A stretch of 64,000 bases of DNA. Origin: a virus. The DNA lies in the IMG/VR virus record IMGVR_UViG_3300045988_111426. One strand, 5' to 3'. This document shows, piece after piece, positions 19,434 to 29,417 of this stretch; within the stretch, counting starts at the first letter, position 1; each line of letters starts with the position of its first letter. The translations under genes and the position numbers were made by a program. Below the pieces are notes generated by a model, which did no database searches, was not told where the DNA came from, and was given only the letters and a program-made list of their open reading frames with translations.

Positions 19434-19895
19434 TTAACCATAGATCATCGTGTAAAGCTTTGATCTTAATCTGTTGATGAATGTTTGAGGGAAGAGGTCA
19501 GAAATCTTGAAGTTTCCGTGTTGCCCATTTATGACAGATCCCCAACCTTTACTTTTCCCAATCTGACGTGAAGCAAGGATAACGTTGTGCCTGTAATACT
19601 GAAGCTGTTGGATGATTCTTGTCTGATATGGTCTCAGTTTGATATGCTTGATACCATCATCAGTTTTTACCTTGGCCAGATTTTCTGAGAAGTACAAGAC
19701 AGAATCTTGAACCTTTGCAAGTTCAAGAAGTTCATCCTCTGTGTATGAGAAGTTGATACGTGGTTTCCTCAAGCGAACATCACCACTATAAAACGGATTC
19801 TTCTTGGGAAGTACACCCTTGTCGTTGAATTCCTGTATGAGCTTCTCTACACGTTCTGTAGACCACAGCATGTTCTCTACAACCTTCTTCGCCAT
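19434..19895 (-). CDS. terL: terminase large subunit, N-terminal fragment ending in an intein block-A-like tail
   Basis: Collinear with T4 gp17 up to Walker A (VLYFSENL...KLRPYQTRII...ILASRQIGK). It then switches to SKGWGSVINGQHGNFKISDLF...TFINRLRSKLY and stops. No Walker B or nuclease part is present. Confidence 0.7.
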   Translation of the reverse strand: MAKKVVENMLWSTERVEKLIQEFNDKGVLPKKNPFYSGDVRLRKPRINFSYTEDELLELAKVQDSVLYFSENLAKVKTDDGIKHIKLRPYQTRIIQQLQYYRHNVILASRQIGKSKGWGSVINGQHGNFKISDLFPQTFINRLRSKLYTMIYG

Positions 19896-19986
19896 ATGTT
19901 GGTTTTTCTTTATATTTTCAAAAAGACGAGTGTCGGAGATGCCTTCTTTGACACCTCCGACACCTTTTATCTTCTCTTCGTTTTTG

Positions 19987-20610
19987 TTATTTCTCCCAAA
20001 GTGGGGAATAATCGTGCTTATCGAGTTCTTTCTTTACACGTTCCCAATATTTCCCAGCTTCTGGATCTGTTCCACTGATGTCGTGACGTGACCAGATTCT
20101 ACAAGCCATTTCATAGGACATCTTCTTGTTATACTTCTTCTGAGTTATGAGGAACATCTGCACCGCCTTCTTGGGGTCAAGTCGATCCTCATATTTGAAA
20201 GCAGAATCTGTCGACAGGTTACAATCATCAACGTTGATTCTTGACTGTTGAAGAAGACCTTTATACTTTCCGCTCTTGGAGACCATGTTTGGAATCCCAC
20301 GAGATTCAACATGTGCTATTGCGGAAAGTAGTGGCTTGAATTTTTCATAGACTTCGATGTATTCATAAGAATAAACGTAGTCGGGGAACTTTGAAGAATC
20401 GACCTTCAAGGGAGCTTCGATCTCTTGTTCGATCGTGATTACAGATTCTAATGAATCCTGTGGTAGAGAATCTACAACAGTCGATTCAAGAGCGGTAGTG
20501 TCAGTGATAGATTTACCAGAACTACCATTACAGCTTTTTACACAGATCACTGTAATCACAAACAAAAGTACTACAGCACCTACGAGATAGATTGTTTTTT
20601 TCTGTTTCAT
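19987..20610 (-). CDS. lytic transglycosylase (SLT domain) with signal/lipobox
   Basis: N-terminal LVGAVVLLFVITVICVKSC. SLT core AIAHVESRG...GKYKGLLQ. Confidence 0.65.
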   Translation of the reverse strand: MKQKKTIYLVGAVVLLFVITVICVKSCNGSSGKSITDTTALESTVVDSLPQDSLESVITIEQEIEAPLKVDSSKFPDYVYSYEYIEVYEKFKPLLSAIAHVESRGIPNMVSKSGKYKGLLQQSRINVDDCNLSTDSAFKYEDRLDPKKAVQMFLITQKKYNKKMSYEMACRIWSRHDISGTDPEAGKYWERVKKELDKHDYSPLWEK

Positions 20611-20622
20611 TAGTCGTATTAA

Positions 20623-22239
20623 TTAAAAGATAGTTTCTGATTCTTTGATTTCCATAGCACCCTCCTTTGTTATGTCAACATTGTAGGATTCTACTATCAA
20701 ATCTTCAGATCTGTAGTATTCAAGTCTCGACTTTGACCAATTCTGCATGAAACACTTCTTGGTTTCCTTTTGTCCAGTCATCGGATTTGACCTTACCACA
20801 GTAGTATCTTCTGTTATATCGTAAAAGTATGACATTTCCTTACCATCCGAAAGTCTCAAAAGTCGACCAGATGATTGGTTGAGAAGAATATCACTCTTAA
20901 TTGCTTCACCAGTGACGACATTCACGAGGTTTTTAATCGATTGCCCAGTAGAGAAAACTGAGTAATTCGCCACGAGAATCGATTGACCTTCCGTGTCGTT
21001 TCTCATGTAGTCTTTTATCACTTCTCTTTCATTGGAGGAAATGTCGCCATCAATATAGAACACTTTCTTGGAAAGTCCTCTTTGGAAAGATATCTCTTGA
21101 AGTCTTTCGTAGATCTTTCGACCATAGCCACCCTTTTTGTCATTGAAGTAGACAAGGGTGTTACCTTTCAAGGAGCATATGAACTGACACTTCCATTCAA
21201 GAAGACGCTTATGATTTCGGATGAACTGTTGTTCATATCTCAGTGACTTCTCACCATCTTCGATATAGTCCTTTTCGGATGATAAAGCAATGAGTTCTGA
21301 TCTACTACAGAACTTGACGTTTATCATTCTGATCGTTATGTTAGTCGCTGCACCTCTATTGATCAGATCAGTTTTCTTGATAACTCTCACAACTGGTCCG
21401 AAGTTCTCTTCAACGGTGAACTCATCGGCATCACCTTTTCCCTTGTAGAATGAACCCGAACATCCAAGAAGGTTCTCAACCGCACCACACTTTGCAATGA
21501 TTTGTTTGATTGTGGTGGCAACGGATCTGTGTGCTTCGTCACAGATTACAGTGTCAAACTTCTCAAAGAACTCATCGGGGAGGTTTATTAATGATGCAAA
21601 GTTTCCAATTGCGTGTGGGAAGTCGTTCGCAGAGAGTTTGTCCTTAGAACCTCCGTGGATCATTGCCACTTTTAGGTTGTATTTTCCACAAGCATAATCT
21701 CGCCATTCATCATAAGACTGAATGACAAGACCTGGGTCGGGTTCAATGATAAGGATGTTCTTCGAGATTTTCAAGTATCTCAGAAGCATCATGTACATGT
21801 ACATGATCAACGTTTTACCACCACTCGTTGCGACCTCTACACAACTGAAACGAGACCTGATTGCTTTATAGACAGTGTCAATCTGATAGTCGTATGGTCT
21901 GATCTTTGGATGACAAGAGAGAAGCTTCTTACAGAACTTTTCTACAAATTCATAGGTGATCTCCTCACGGATGAAACCATCAAAGTTCTCAAACTCAAGA
22001 GGAAACTGGTATTTCTCACACATTTCTATGAGCTTCGACCACATCGTTGATCTTATCCGCTTCCCTTTGTAGATGTACGCCACGATACCATTCCAACCTT
22101 TGAACTTCTTCTTCATGAAATGGTAGTTTTTTACTTTCCTATGGAAGTAGTCGTTTGTCTGTAGCATTTCGCCTTCATTTTCATAATGAAGGTCGATGAA
22201 CATCTTGTCTTCAGAAAGTATTGCTTTCATTGTCTTCAA
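20623..22239 (-). CDS. SF2 DEAH-box DNA helicase (UvsW-like role)
   Basis: Walker A ATSGGKT and DEAH box VICDEAHR. Size 538 aa. Confidence 0.75.
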   Translation of the reverse strand: MKTMKAILSEDKMFIDLHYENEGEMLQTNDYFHRKVKNYHFMKKKFKGWNGIVAYIYKGKRIRSTMWSKLIEMCEKYQFPLEFENFDGFIREEITYEFVEKFCKKLLSCHPKIRPYDYQIDTVYKAIRSRFSCVEVATSGGKTLIMYMYMMLLRYLKISKNILIIEPDPGLVIQSYDEWRDYACGKYNLKVAMIHGGSKDKLSANDFPHAIGNFASLINLPDEFFEKFDTVICDEAHRSVATTIKQIIAKCGAVENLLGCSGSFYKGKGDADEFTVEENFGPVVRVIKKTDLINRGAATNITIRMINVKFCSRSELIALSSEKDYIEDGEKSLRYEQQFIRNHKRLLEWKCQFICSLKGNTLVYFNDKKGGYGRKIYERLQEISFQRGLSKKVFYIDGDISSNEREVIKDYMRNDTEGQSILVANYSVFSTGQSIKNLVNVVTGEAIKSDILLNQSSGRLLRLSDGKEMSYFYDITEDTTVVRSNPMTGQKETKKCFMQNWSKSRLEYYRSEDLIVESYNVDITKEGAMEIKESETIF

Positions 22240-22241
22240 AC

Positions 22242-22290
22242 AGATCGTTGCGTACCTACTTTCTTATATTTTGTAGATACGCAACGATCT
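22242..22290. terminator. hairpin with 23-nt loop
   Basis: AGATCGTTGCGTA / TACGCAACGATCT. Confidence 0.4.
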
Positions 22291-22314
22291 ATAAACAGTT
22301 ATTTATGAACCTGT

Positions 22315-22857
22315 TTATTTAGATTGTTTGTCCTTTAAGAAAGTCTTCTTTAAGAAATCTTCATCGACGTACTTGACGATATAAGAGGTGGATTCGAGAA
22401 GTTCATAGATGAACTGGATCTCATCGACGTAAACACCTTCCGATATGTTCTTGTAGATCTTCTCACCAACAGTGAAGAATGTCTCTTCATCCCGAGCATT
22501 CATCAGACTTTCAACGTCTGCCTTGTATTCTTGGGATTTGTATTCGTGTCGATTTATGCATTCGATCACATTCTCATAGTTCTCGAGATTGAACTTATAA
22601 GCATTCATCACAGACTTGTAGAAACTGTACTTAGTCCTCGCATCGAGGAAGTTCTTATAAGTGATCGCATGAACATAGAACATTGCGACGACACTTACCG
22701 AGATGATGAATCTTAATCTGTACAAAGATGAAGGATCACGATCAACTGCATAGAACACGAGGTAGAGAATGATGACGAGACATAGGAGATCGAAGAACAT
22801 TTTCCCCAACCATGTGTAATAGTTGTTACGTGCTTTTGTGTACCCAGATTTCTTCAT
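22315..22857 (-). CDS. membrane protein, hypothetical
   Basis: Track ORF of 180 aa with two hydrophobic segments. Confidence 0.55.
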   Translation of the reverse strand: MKKSGYTKARNNYYTWLGKMFFDLLCLVIILYLVFYAVDRDPSSLYRLRFIISVSVVAMFYVHAITYKNFLDARTKYSFYKSVMNAYKFNLENYENVIECINRHEYKSQEYKADVESLMNARDEETFFTVGEKIYKNISEGVYVDEIQFIYELLESTSYIVKYVDEDFLKKTFLKDKQSK

Positions 22858-22899
22858 TTGTTCGTTGTTGTTAAAAGTTGCTTATTGATTGATGATTAG

Positions 22900-23421
22900 T
22901 TAGTAGTTTTTACGATATTCTTCAAACTGGATGACGTACGTGAAGCCGTAGATCATATCAGTCAAGTTCTTTACGGAATCCGTTATAAACTGGATGTGGT
23001 TATCAAGTGTGTCCACAACGAGTTGCATGTCAGAAAGATTTCCATCAAGAATCATCCTGCGCTCTGTGTCATTTGAAGGACGAATCCCATCTTCATTGCT
23101 ACCCACCTTATACGATATCATCTCCTTCTTTTTCATTTTTGCCATTTCTGCAACAATGAAAGATTGATCATCAAGGATGAGTTGCTTTCTTGTGATGAGC
23201 TTTTGTCTATAATTGTAGAACTTAGAACTTATCTTCGAAAGATCACCAATGGAAACCATCGACTTGGAGAATGATGAGATAGCGTTCGATATGGATGAGA
23301 CATCCTTTGCCTTTCTACCACAAGAATACTCGTAGATTTCCGAGGTGTCTTGAAGTATGCCGTTTGTGAGAAGATATCTTACGGAATGTGAGAATTCTTC
23401 AAGGTTTATTTCTTTCTCCAT
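22900..23421 (-). CDS. hypothetical protein
   Basis: Track ORF of 173 aa. Confidence 0.55.
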   Translation of the reverse strand: MEKEINLEEFSHSVRYLLTNGILQDTSEIYEYSCGRKAKDVSSISNAISSFSKSMVSIGDLSKISSKFYNYRQKLITRKQLILDDQSFIVAEMAKMKKKEMISYKVGSNEDGIRPSNDTERRMILDGNLSDMQLVVDTLDNHIQFITDSVKNLTDMIYGFTYVIQFEEYRKNY

Positions 23422-23437
23422 TTTGCTACCAAGCCGT

Positions 23438-23677
23438 TTACCAGAGAGGTTTGTTCTTGTTTTTCTTTGTTTCTATTATTCTTATAACACTTTCAGTAGC
23501 ATCTTCTTGTTTTACACTTTTCTCGAAGTCGATGTCCATTTCTTTGTCGATTGACTTCGATTCTATAACGCCAGTGTCAATATCGAAGTCCACTTTGAGT
23601 TTTATTGTCCCAGATTCATCCTCGAGGTCATCAAAGGAATCTGGGACAATAAAGCTTCTACTTCTGGTTGTACTCAT
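23438..23677 (-). CDS. hypothetical small acidic protein
   Basis: Track ORF 23438..23773 trimmed to the internal ATG at 23677 (MSTTRSRS...), which overlaps the Rad50-like stop by 20 nt. Confidence 0.4.
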   Translation of the reverse strand: MSTTRSRSFIVPDSFDDLEDESGTIKLKVDFDIDTGVIESKSIDKEMDIDFEKSVKQEDATESVIRIIETKKNKNKPLW

Positions 23678-26282
23678 CAATTGATCGAATCTGAAGACGT
23701 GAGAAGTGGTCAACCATCTCAAGTTCAAAGATATTATCGAAGAACGACGAGGAAATGAAAGAGTGGTTGACAAGGAACACGTGCAGTTTCATCTCCGCCT
23801 TGAGTTCACGGTGAATGATTTCCATCATCTGAGAAACGGCAGATGTGTGGAGCGACGAGAAGATCTCATCATAGAACACGATGTTAATACCACCACATTT
23901 CGAAATCAAGAACTTCGTAATTGTGAAGATGATAGCAGAATCGATCATCTTTGTCTGCCCAGTGGAGATTGATGATGTCGAAACCTGCTTGCCAAATCTA
24001 AAAATCGAAGGCTTGAAATTATCGTCAAATCTGACAACGAGAGGTATCTCAAGATTGGAGAGGATGTCGTTGACTGACTTGTTGATGTAAGGGACTACGT
24101 TGCGGATAATGTAGGACTTCACACCATCGTCAGAGATAATGTTCTCCATGACGTTATAAAATCTGATCGATTTGTAACAACGCTTGATATTCTCACGAGT
24201 TTCCTCAAGTTTATCGTCATACTTCTTTATTACAGACTTCTTTGCTTCGATCTGAGATTCTTCTGCAACATTGATCTTGGAGATCTCGATCTTGATCTCC
24301 GAAATCTCTGACTTCAAAGTGTTGATCTTCTTGGAAAAATCACGGATCTTCTGATCAATCTGGGAGAACTCGGAATCTGGGAGAAGGTCGGATTCTGTGA
24401 AATCTTCGAAGTCTCCATCGATAAGTCTCATCTTCGCATTCTCCATTGCGAGGTTTTTATGAGAGATTTCCTCGATCTTCTGACGAATATCCTCGTTGTA
24501 CTTCTCTCTTATGGATTCCAGATAGGACTTTTCGCCTATGAGTTCTTCTTCAGATTCTTCTGGGATTTCCACATCAGAATCTTCAACGTCGGAGACTTGA
24601 TCAATGATGTAGTTCATCTTAGAAATCTGTGAATCTCTTAAAGACTTCTTTTCAGAGATCTTCGACTTCAACTCATCGATTGGTGTGTCATAATCGACAT
24701 TTTCCGAAGATTCGAGAACATCCTCTTGGGAAAGATCGTTCTGGAGAAGAAGTGTGGAGATTTCCTTATCAATGTCTTCAACACCGATCTTCGAATCTTC
24801 GATGTCCGTGTCGATGTTTCTTATTCTCGAGGTCAGGTTCGTGATCTTCTCGTTATACTCAGAAACGATCGACCTGTATTCTTTCTTGCTCTCTTCAAGT
24901 TCTGAGATGCGAGATTCGATATTCTCAAGTTCATCCTCGAATTCACCGATCTTGGACAGAGACTGAGGATCTTTGAACTCCGATCCACATTGATCGCAAT
25001 GACCAGATTCATAAGTCTCCTTCTTTCTCTTTATAGACTTGTACGAAACGTGAAGATCCGCAATTTTCGTAGAAAGATCGTCGACAGTCTTTTGAGCATC
25101 ATCACGCTTCTGTACAGCATCATCTTTGTCTTTCTCAAGATCTTCCTTTTCCTTTACAAGAGAAGTTATGGTTTCACGAAGATGATCGGATTCATTAATC
25201 TTCGATCGAATATCTTGCTTTACGTGATAAACAGACCTCTCGGAGATGAGCACAGAAAGTCTCTCCTCATGTGTGGAAATCTCCGACTTCAAAGCGTCGA
25301 TTTCTCCCTGTAACTTTTCTGCTTCCTCCATTGCTTTCACTTTCCTTGCATATTCTCTATGCTTAGAATGTAAAGCGATCTTTGAAGATACCTCCGAAAG
25401 CTTCTTCTTTGATTCTTCAGATTCCTCTTCGAGTGAATCTTTGTATTCGTTTATTTTCGATATGTCTTCCGATAATCTTTGTATATCTTCCTTGAGCTTC
25501 TCGTTCTTCCTCTTATTCTCATACGAGAGATGACGATGACGCTTGTTCTCGAGGTCAGAAATAGTCTCGTCGGTTTCCTTGATCTCCGCTTTCTTCTCCT
25601 CGATTTTTCCTTCAAGTTCATCGATCTTCTCTCGAGAATCGCTATTTGCTTCAAGTTCTTCAATCTCTGCACGTAGATCATCACGAGTTTCTTCAAGAGA
25701 TTGAAGCGAGAGAAGGTTGGTCTTGTGGATTTCCGATTGAGATTTCAGAGAAAGTTTCAAGCTTTCCATCATGTCATTCAAGACATAGAAGCCGAAGATT
25801 CTGTCACGAATGTTTCTCGTGTCCTTTGGAGACATTGACAGGAATGACTTGAAGTCATTGACCGAGAGACTGAGGATGTTGGAGAAGATGTGATAAGGAA
25901 TGTCAACAACATCCGACTTTATCATCTTCTTTGTATCTGGAATCTTCCCCCAGTCTTGCTCTATTCCGTTCTTATAAACACGGATCGTGGACAGCTTTGT
26001 ACGAGTGTATTCCGATTCGATCCTCCAGTCATTTCCTTTCGATTCGATATCGATCGAGAGGAATCCGTTGCCGTTTATATCGTTTGCGATACTGTCCATT
26101 GTGACACCATCAGCATCGAAATAAAGAGCTAACTTATGGAGCTTGATAAAAGATGACTTCCCACAACCATTCTTCCCAAGGATCATGTTGAGAGAACCAT
26201 CACCAAGATTGTCATAATCGACGACCATCTTCTTATTACCAAACGAGAAGATGTTCTGAAACTCTATCTTTTTAATTTTCAT
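23658..26282 (-). CDS. SbcC/Rad50-like ATPase (T4 gp46-like)
   Basis: Walker A LGKNGCGKSS, a long coiled coil with CxxC hook CDQCGSEF, and Walker B IVFYDEIFSSLH. Confidence 0.85.
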   Translation of the reverse strand: MKIKKIEFQNIFSFGNKKMVVDYDNLGDGSLNMILGKNGCGKSSFIKLHKLALYFDADGVTMDSIANDINGNGFLSIDIESKGNDWRIESEYTRTKLSTIRVYKNGIEQDWGKIPDTKKMIKSDVVDIPYHIFSNILSLSVNDFKSFLSMSPKDTRNIRDRIFGFYVLNDMMESLKLSLKSQSEIHKTNLLSLQSLEETRDDLRAEIEELEANSDSREKIDELEGKIEEKKAEIKETDETISDLENKRHRHLSYENKRKNEKLKEDIQRLSEDISKINEYKDSLEEESEESKKKLSEVSSKIALHSKHREYARKVKAMEEAEKLQGEIDALKSEISTHEERLSVLISERSVYHVKQDIRSKINESDHLRETITSLVKEKEDLEKDKDDAVQKRDDAQKTVDDLSTKIADLHVSYKSIKRKKETYESGHCDQCGSEFKDPQSLSKIGEFEDELENIESRISELEESKKEYRSIVSEYNEKITNLTSRIRNIDTDIEDSKIGVEDIDKEISTLLLQNDLSQEDVLESSENVDYDTPIDELKSKISEKKSLRDSQISKMNYIIDQVSDVEDSDVEIPEESEEELIGEKSYLESIREKYNEDIRQKIEEISHKNLAMENAKMRLIDGDFEDFTESDLLPDSEFSQIDQKIRDFSKKINTLKSEISEIKIEISKINVAEESQIEAKKSVIKKYDDKLEETRENIKRCYKSIRFYNVMENIISDDGVKSYIIRNVVPYINKSVNDILSNLEIPLVVRFDDNFKPSIFRFGKQVSTSSISTGQTKMIDSAIIFTITKFLISKCGGINIVFYDEIFSSLHTSAVSQMMEIIHRELKAEMKLHVFLVNHSFISSSFFDNIFELEMVDHFSRLQIRSIDEYNQK

Positions 26283-26300
26283 TGTTGTTGCTTACTGCCA

Positions 26301-27503
26301 TTATTCTTGATCTTCGGGCTTTGACTTTTCAGAGACTGAATCGTAGATCTTCTTCAGCGATTCTTGTATCTTCAACTTTGCTTTTTCAGACAAGGGAATC
26401 AGCGTGCCTTGGATGACAACTGAATCAATGCTTTCGATATAGTCATTGATGTAGCTAAAAATGTCGGATGATAGTTCTACGTTCGAGATATCTTGGAGGT
26501 CGTCATCATCTTCCAAGTCAACACTTTCTCCACCAATCTTTTGATTTTTATCGAACACCTGCTTGTAGTCGATCTTCTTATAACCTTCTACAGATTGGGT
26601 TATACGTGGTGTCTGGAATCTCATAATGGTGTCGTTAGGACACTGAACGACGACCTTGTTGCCTTTCACAAATTCCAATGCTTCTGATCTCCGCATGTCG
26701 AGGAACTTGAAGAGGTCTATTTTCACATATCTCGAAGATACCTTGTTCTCAATCTTCTGAATCTTTCCAGTCTCGGTGTCAAGAATAACTATTTGTGGAA
26801 CATTTCTCCATTCGTTAACTCTTGTATGATAAGCACTTCCAACATAGGTGATATTTGCACTGTCTTGTGGCTTGTGAATATGACCCATGAAGACATGCTT
26901 GAACCTTTCAAACTCAGACATTGGTAAAGAGTGAATCTCAGAAACTTCCTTGCCTTCATAATGGAAGCCAGAGATCTCGTCATGACCAAAGATGTAAGAA
27001 GAATCTTCACAAAGATCAACTGCCTTCTTGAACAGCTCCTTATTCCCATAATTAGGTAAGAGGAAAGCAGGTGTTCCAGATTCTGTGAGGATCTTTGTGA
27101 TGTTCGGGATGACATTCACTCTTGGAATGAGAGAGATTGATTTGTTGTTGTTGATATGACGGATGTCCTTATAAACAGTGTCGTGATTCCCAACAAGAAC
27201 ATAAACGTCGTTCTTTGATGCAAGTCTTAAGAAGATATCAATGACGTTGTTCCCAGTAAGTGTTCCAACAGATGACTTATTATCAAAGACATCACCCATC
27301 TGAATGATCGACACGTTCCCTCCGCATTTCTCATTCATTCTCTCGAGAAGTGGGAACAAGAACTCGTGAAAATATCTCACACTTTCATCGAGTTCGGACT
27401 GATCATTAGAAGCACGACCAAAGTGTAAGTCACCAATCAGTAGAAGATACCTTTTTAATCTGTTGTCGTCTATTGTTGTCAAGTTTGTTGTTACATTTTC
27501 CAT
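26301..27503 (-). CDS. SbcD/Mre11-like nuclease (T4 gp47-like)
   Basis: Phosphoesterase motifs GDLHFG, GDVFD, GNHD and GHIH. It is adjacent to the Rad50-like gene. Confidence 0.85.
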   Translation of the reverse strand: MENVTTNLTTIDDNRLKRYLLLIGDLHFGRASNDQSELDESVRYFHEFLFPLLERMNEKCGGNVSIIQMGDVFDNKSSVGTLTGNNVIDIFLRLASKNDVYVLVGNHDTVYKDIRHINNNKSISLIPRVNVIPNITKILTESGTPAFLLPNYGNKELFKKAVDLCEDSSYIFGHDEISGFHYEGKEVSEIHSLPMSEFERFKHVFMGHIHKPQDSANITYVGSAYHTRVNEWRNVPQIVILDTETGKIQKIENKVSSRYVKIDLFKFLDMRRSEALEFVKGNKVVVQCPNDTIMRFQTPRITQSVEGYKKIDYKQVFDKNQKIGGESVDLEDDDDLQDISNVELSSDIFSYINDYIESIDSVVIQGTLIPLSEKAKLKIQESLKKIYDSVSEKSKPEDQE

Positions 27504-27607
27504 CTTTATACGAAATTTCCACTTCTCTTATATGTTTTGTCGTGACGATGTGGTAGAAAAACCAATCGTCACGACAAAACGAAAAAATAAGCAACTAAAG
27601 ATCGGTT

Positions 27608-27958
27608 TTATCTGTGAGTGATATACTGCACAAACCTCTGTACAACATCCTCAACAGTAGCAGATTCGCTTATGGTTTCCATCACACTCTGGTTCTCGTC
27701 ATGGTACTTGCCGTAGACTGACGTGTCACAAAGAGCATAGAGAATGCCGTCTGTCATTGTACAGATCGTATACGTCTTTTCTATACCTTCTTGAGAGATA
27801 TTACAATCGACGTGGACAGATTTGCCTTCGTGTAGAGAAACTGACACACGAAGATCATCGAAGTAGATACCGTTATCTAACAATGACGATTTTATAGAAT
27901 CGTGAAAGAGATTGATGACCTCATGATTCAGATTCTTCAATAGTTCTAAGACTTTCAT
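27608..27958 (-). CDS. hypothetical protein
   Basis: Track ORF of 116 aa. Confidence 0.5.
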   Translation of the reverse strand: MKVLELLKNLNHEVINLFHDSIKSSLLDNGIYFDDLRVSVSLHEGKSVHVDCNISQEGIEKTYTICTMTDGILYALCDTSVYGKYHDENQSVMETISESATVEDVVQRFVQYITHR

Positions 27959-27996
27959 ATAGAGAAGAGTTGGTTTTGTTCATAGTTTTTATATGG

Positions 27997-28032
27997 ATTG
28001 GGCTGTCGAGATTTCTCCCCCGACAGCCCAAT
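27997..28032. terminator. hairpin
   Basis: ATTGGGCTGTCG / CGACAGCCCAAT. Confidence 0.55.
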
Positions 28033-28065
28033 TCGGATAAATGGTTATTTGAAAGAATAAGTTTT

Positions 28066-28650
28066 TTAGATGTCTTCTGCTCTGTATGACTTCACATTTT
28101 CACACTGGAACTTAAAACCAGTGATCTTATAGATCGCTTCCTGTGTGTTGTTCAGTTCCCATGCAGGAAGATTTGACTTTGGGAACATGATCCCCACGTC
28201 GACGTGGCGGATAAGTCTGCCGATCTTGTCAGTGACATCTATCGTACATTTCCCTGCATAGTCTTTCTTGAGAGATTGGAAGCCAGTGTTAGGATCATAA
28301 CAGAGACGAAGCCAATCCTGCAGGAGGTTGTAAGGATAAGGAACGTTCGTTTCGGAATCCACGTTTACTTCAAAGTCAAACGACAGTTCCACCTTAGTAT
28401 CAAGAATAGTACCAATGAACGATCTATCGTTATAGCGGAACTTCTGTGTGACAGTACCTGGTACCTTATCGAGATCAAGACCACCAATTTTCAACATCTG
28501 TTCGTGGAGAAGTTCTGCTGTACCATACTTTTCTTTGAGGATGTCTGGAAGTATGATGTTTGCAGAGAACTTCGTAAGGAACAATGGTTCATCCAGCGAA
28601 TTATTCACTCTACTCTTGGAGAAGTGATAATCTCTTGTATTGTTACTCAT
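28066..28650 (-). CDS. tail tube protein, gp19-like (pattern match only)
   Basis: 194 aa. The order of conserved hydrophobic/Gly/Pro positions parallels T4 gp19 (LFLTKFSANIILP..., DWLRLCYDPNTG, GIMFPKSNLPAWEL, ITGFKFQ). A late-type motif variant lies upstream. Confidence 0.45.
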   Translation of the reverse strand: MSNNTRDYHFSKSRVNNSLDEPLFLTKFSANIILPDILKEKYGTAELLHEQMLKIGGLDLDKVPGTVTQKFRYNDRSFIGTILDTKVELSFDFEVNVDSETNVPYPYNLLQDWLRLCYDPNTGFQSLKKDYAGKCTIDVTDKIGRLIRHVDVGIMFPKSNLPAWELNNTQEAIYKITGFKFQCENVKSYRAEDI

Positions 28651-28677
28651 ATTTTAATTCGTCTTTCTTTTAGATAT

Positions 28678-28692
28678 TTTGCTTATTTAAGG
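28678..28692 (-). promoter_or_regulatory. late-type motif variant CCTTAAATAAGCAAA
   Basis: Identical 15-mer to 54327-54341. It lies upstream of the ATG at 28650. Confidence 0.4.
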
Positions 28693-28695
28693 TGG

Positions 28696-28703
28696 TATAT
28701 TTG
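28696..28703 (+). promoter_or_regulatory. TATATTTG, matching the Bacteroidota -7 box TAnnTTTG
   Basis: Perfect TAnnTTTG about 50 nt upstream of the ATG at 28753. An 11-bp hairpin (28714-28746, CGTTTCTTTAT/ATAAAGAAACG) lies between it and the start. Confidence 0.3.
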
Positions 28704-28752
28704 CCCGACGGAAACGTTTCTTTATTTTACATAAAGAAACGGAAAAATCATC

Positions 28753-29349
28753 ATGAACCACCTAATAAAACCAATCTTTGAAAGTTGGAGATCAGATTTC
28801 ACAAGGGTTATTGATTGTGGCTACGATGTTGATATCTATGACGAAATACTAGCAAGTGTTATTGATGGTGACATTATGCAACCATTAAACACAGGTGGTG
28901 AAAGTTTCGTTTGGAAGCATATCGACGGAGACAAGGTTGTCAAAAGCACATCCACAAGACTTCTTGGTGTATCTTGCGACTATGAGGTCAACGCTGACTT
29001 CTGGTGCAGATCTCTTAAAACTTATAATCAAGTTTTCCCAGAGAGTAAGATAACACCGATCGCTTTCTGCATAATCGAGAACGACAGCAGTTACTTTATG
29101 ACCACTCAGAAGTTCATCGAAGGTGTTGATGCTACAGAAGAAGAAATAAGAAGAGATCTTCGCAAGAGAGGTTTTAGACCATGTAAAAACAAAGAAACTG
29201 GTTATTCTCGAAACATCTACTTTGATGGTTATTATCTGATAGATGATGTTCGAGAATCAAACGTAATAAAAAGTGGTGGCGAATTTTACTACATTGATGT
29301 AGGTTGCTACATTGTGAACAATCCCGACAACTACGAGTTTATCGATTAA
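28753..29349 (+). CDS. small protein-kinase-fold protein (RIO/Kdo-like), putative
   Basis: G-loop-like TGGESFVW, Lys in KVVKS, catalytic-loop-like DDVRESNVI, and a DFG-like YIDVG. Confidence 0.4.
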   Translation: MNHLIKPIFESWRSDFTRVIDCGYDVDIYDEILASVIDGDIMQPLNTGGESFVWKHIDGDKVVKSTSTRLLGVSCDYEVNADFWCRSLKTYNQVFPESKITPIAFCIIENDSSYFMTTQKFIEGVDATEEEIRRDLRKRGFRPCKNKETGYSRNIYFDGYYLIDDVRESNVIKSGGEFYYIDVGCYIVNNPDNYEFID

Positions 29350-29355
29350 AAATAA

Positions 29356-29400
29356 AGATTGGGCGTAACAACAAAAATAGAAAGTTGTTACGCCCAATCT
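29356..29400. terminator. bidirectional hairpin between kinase-like and phosphatase genes
   Basis: AGATTGGGCGTAACAAC / GTTGTTACGCCCAATCT, a 17-bp stem. Confidence 0.65.
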
Positions 29401-29417
29401 GTGTTCGGATTATTGTT

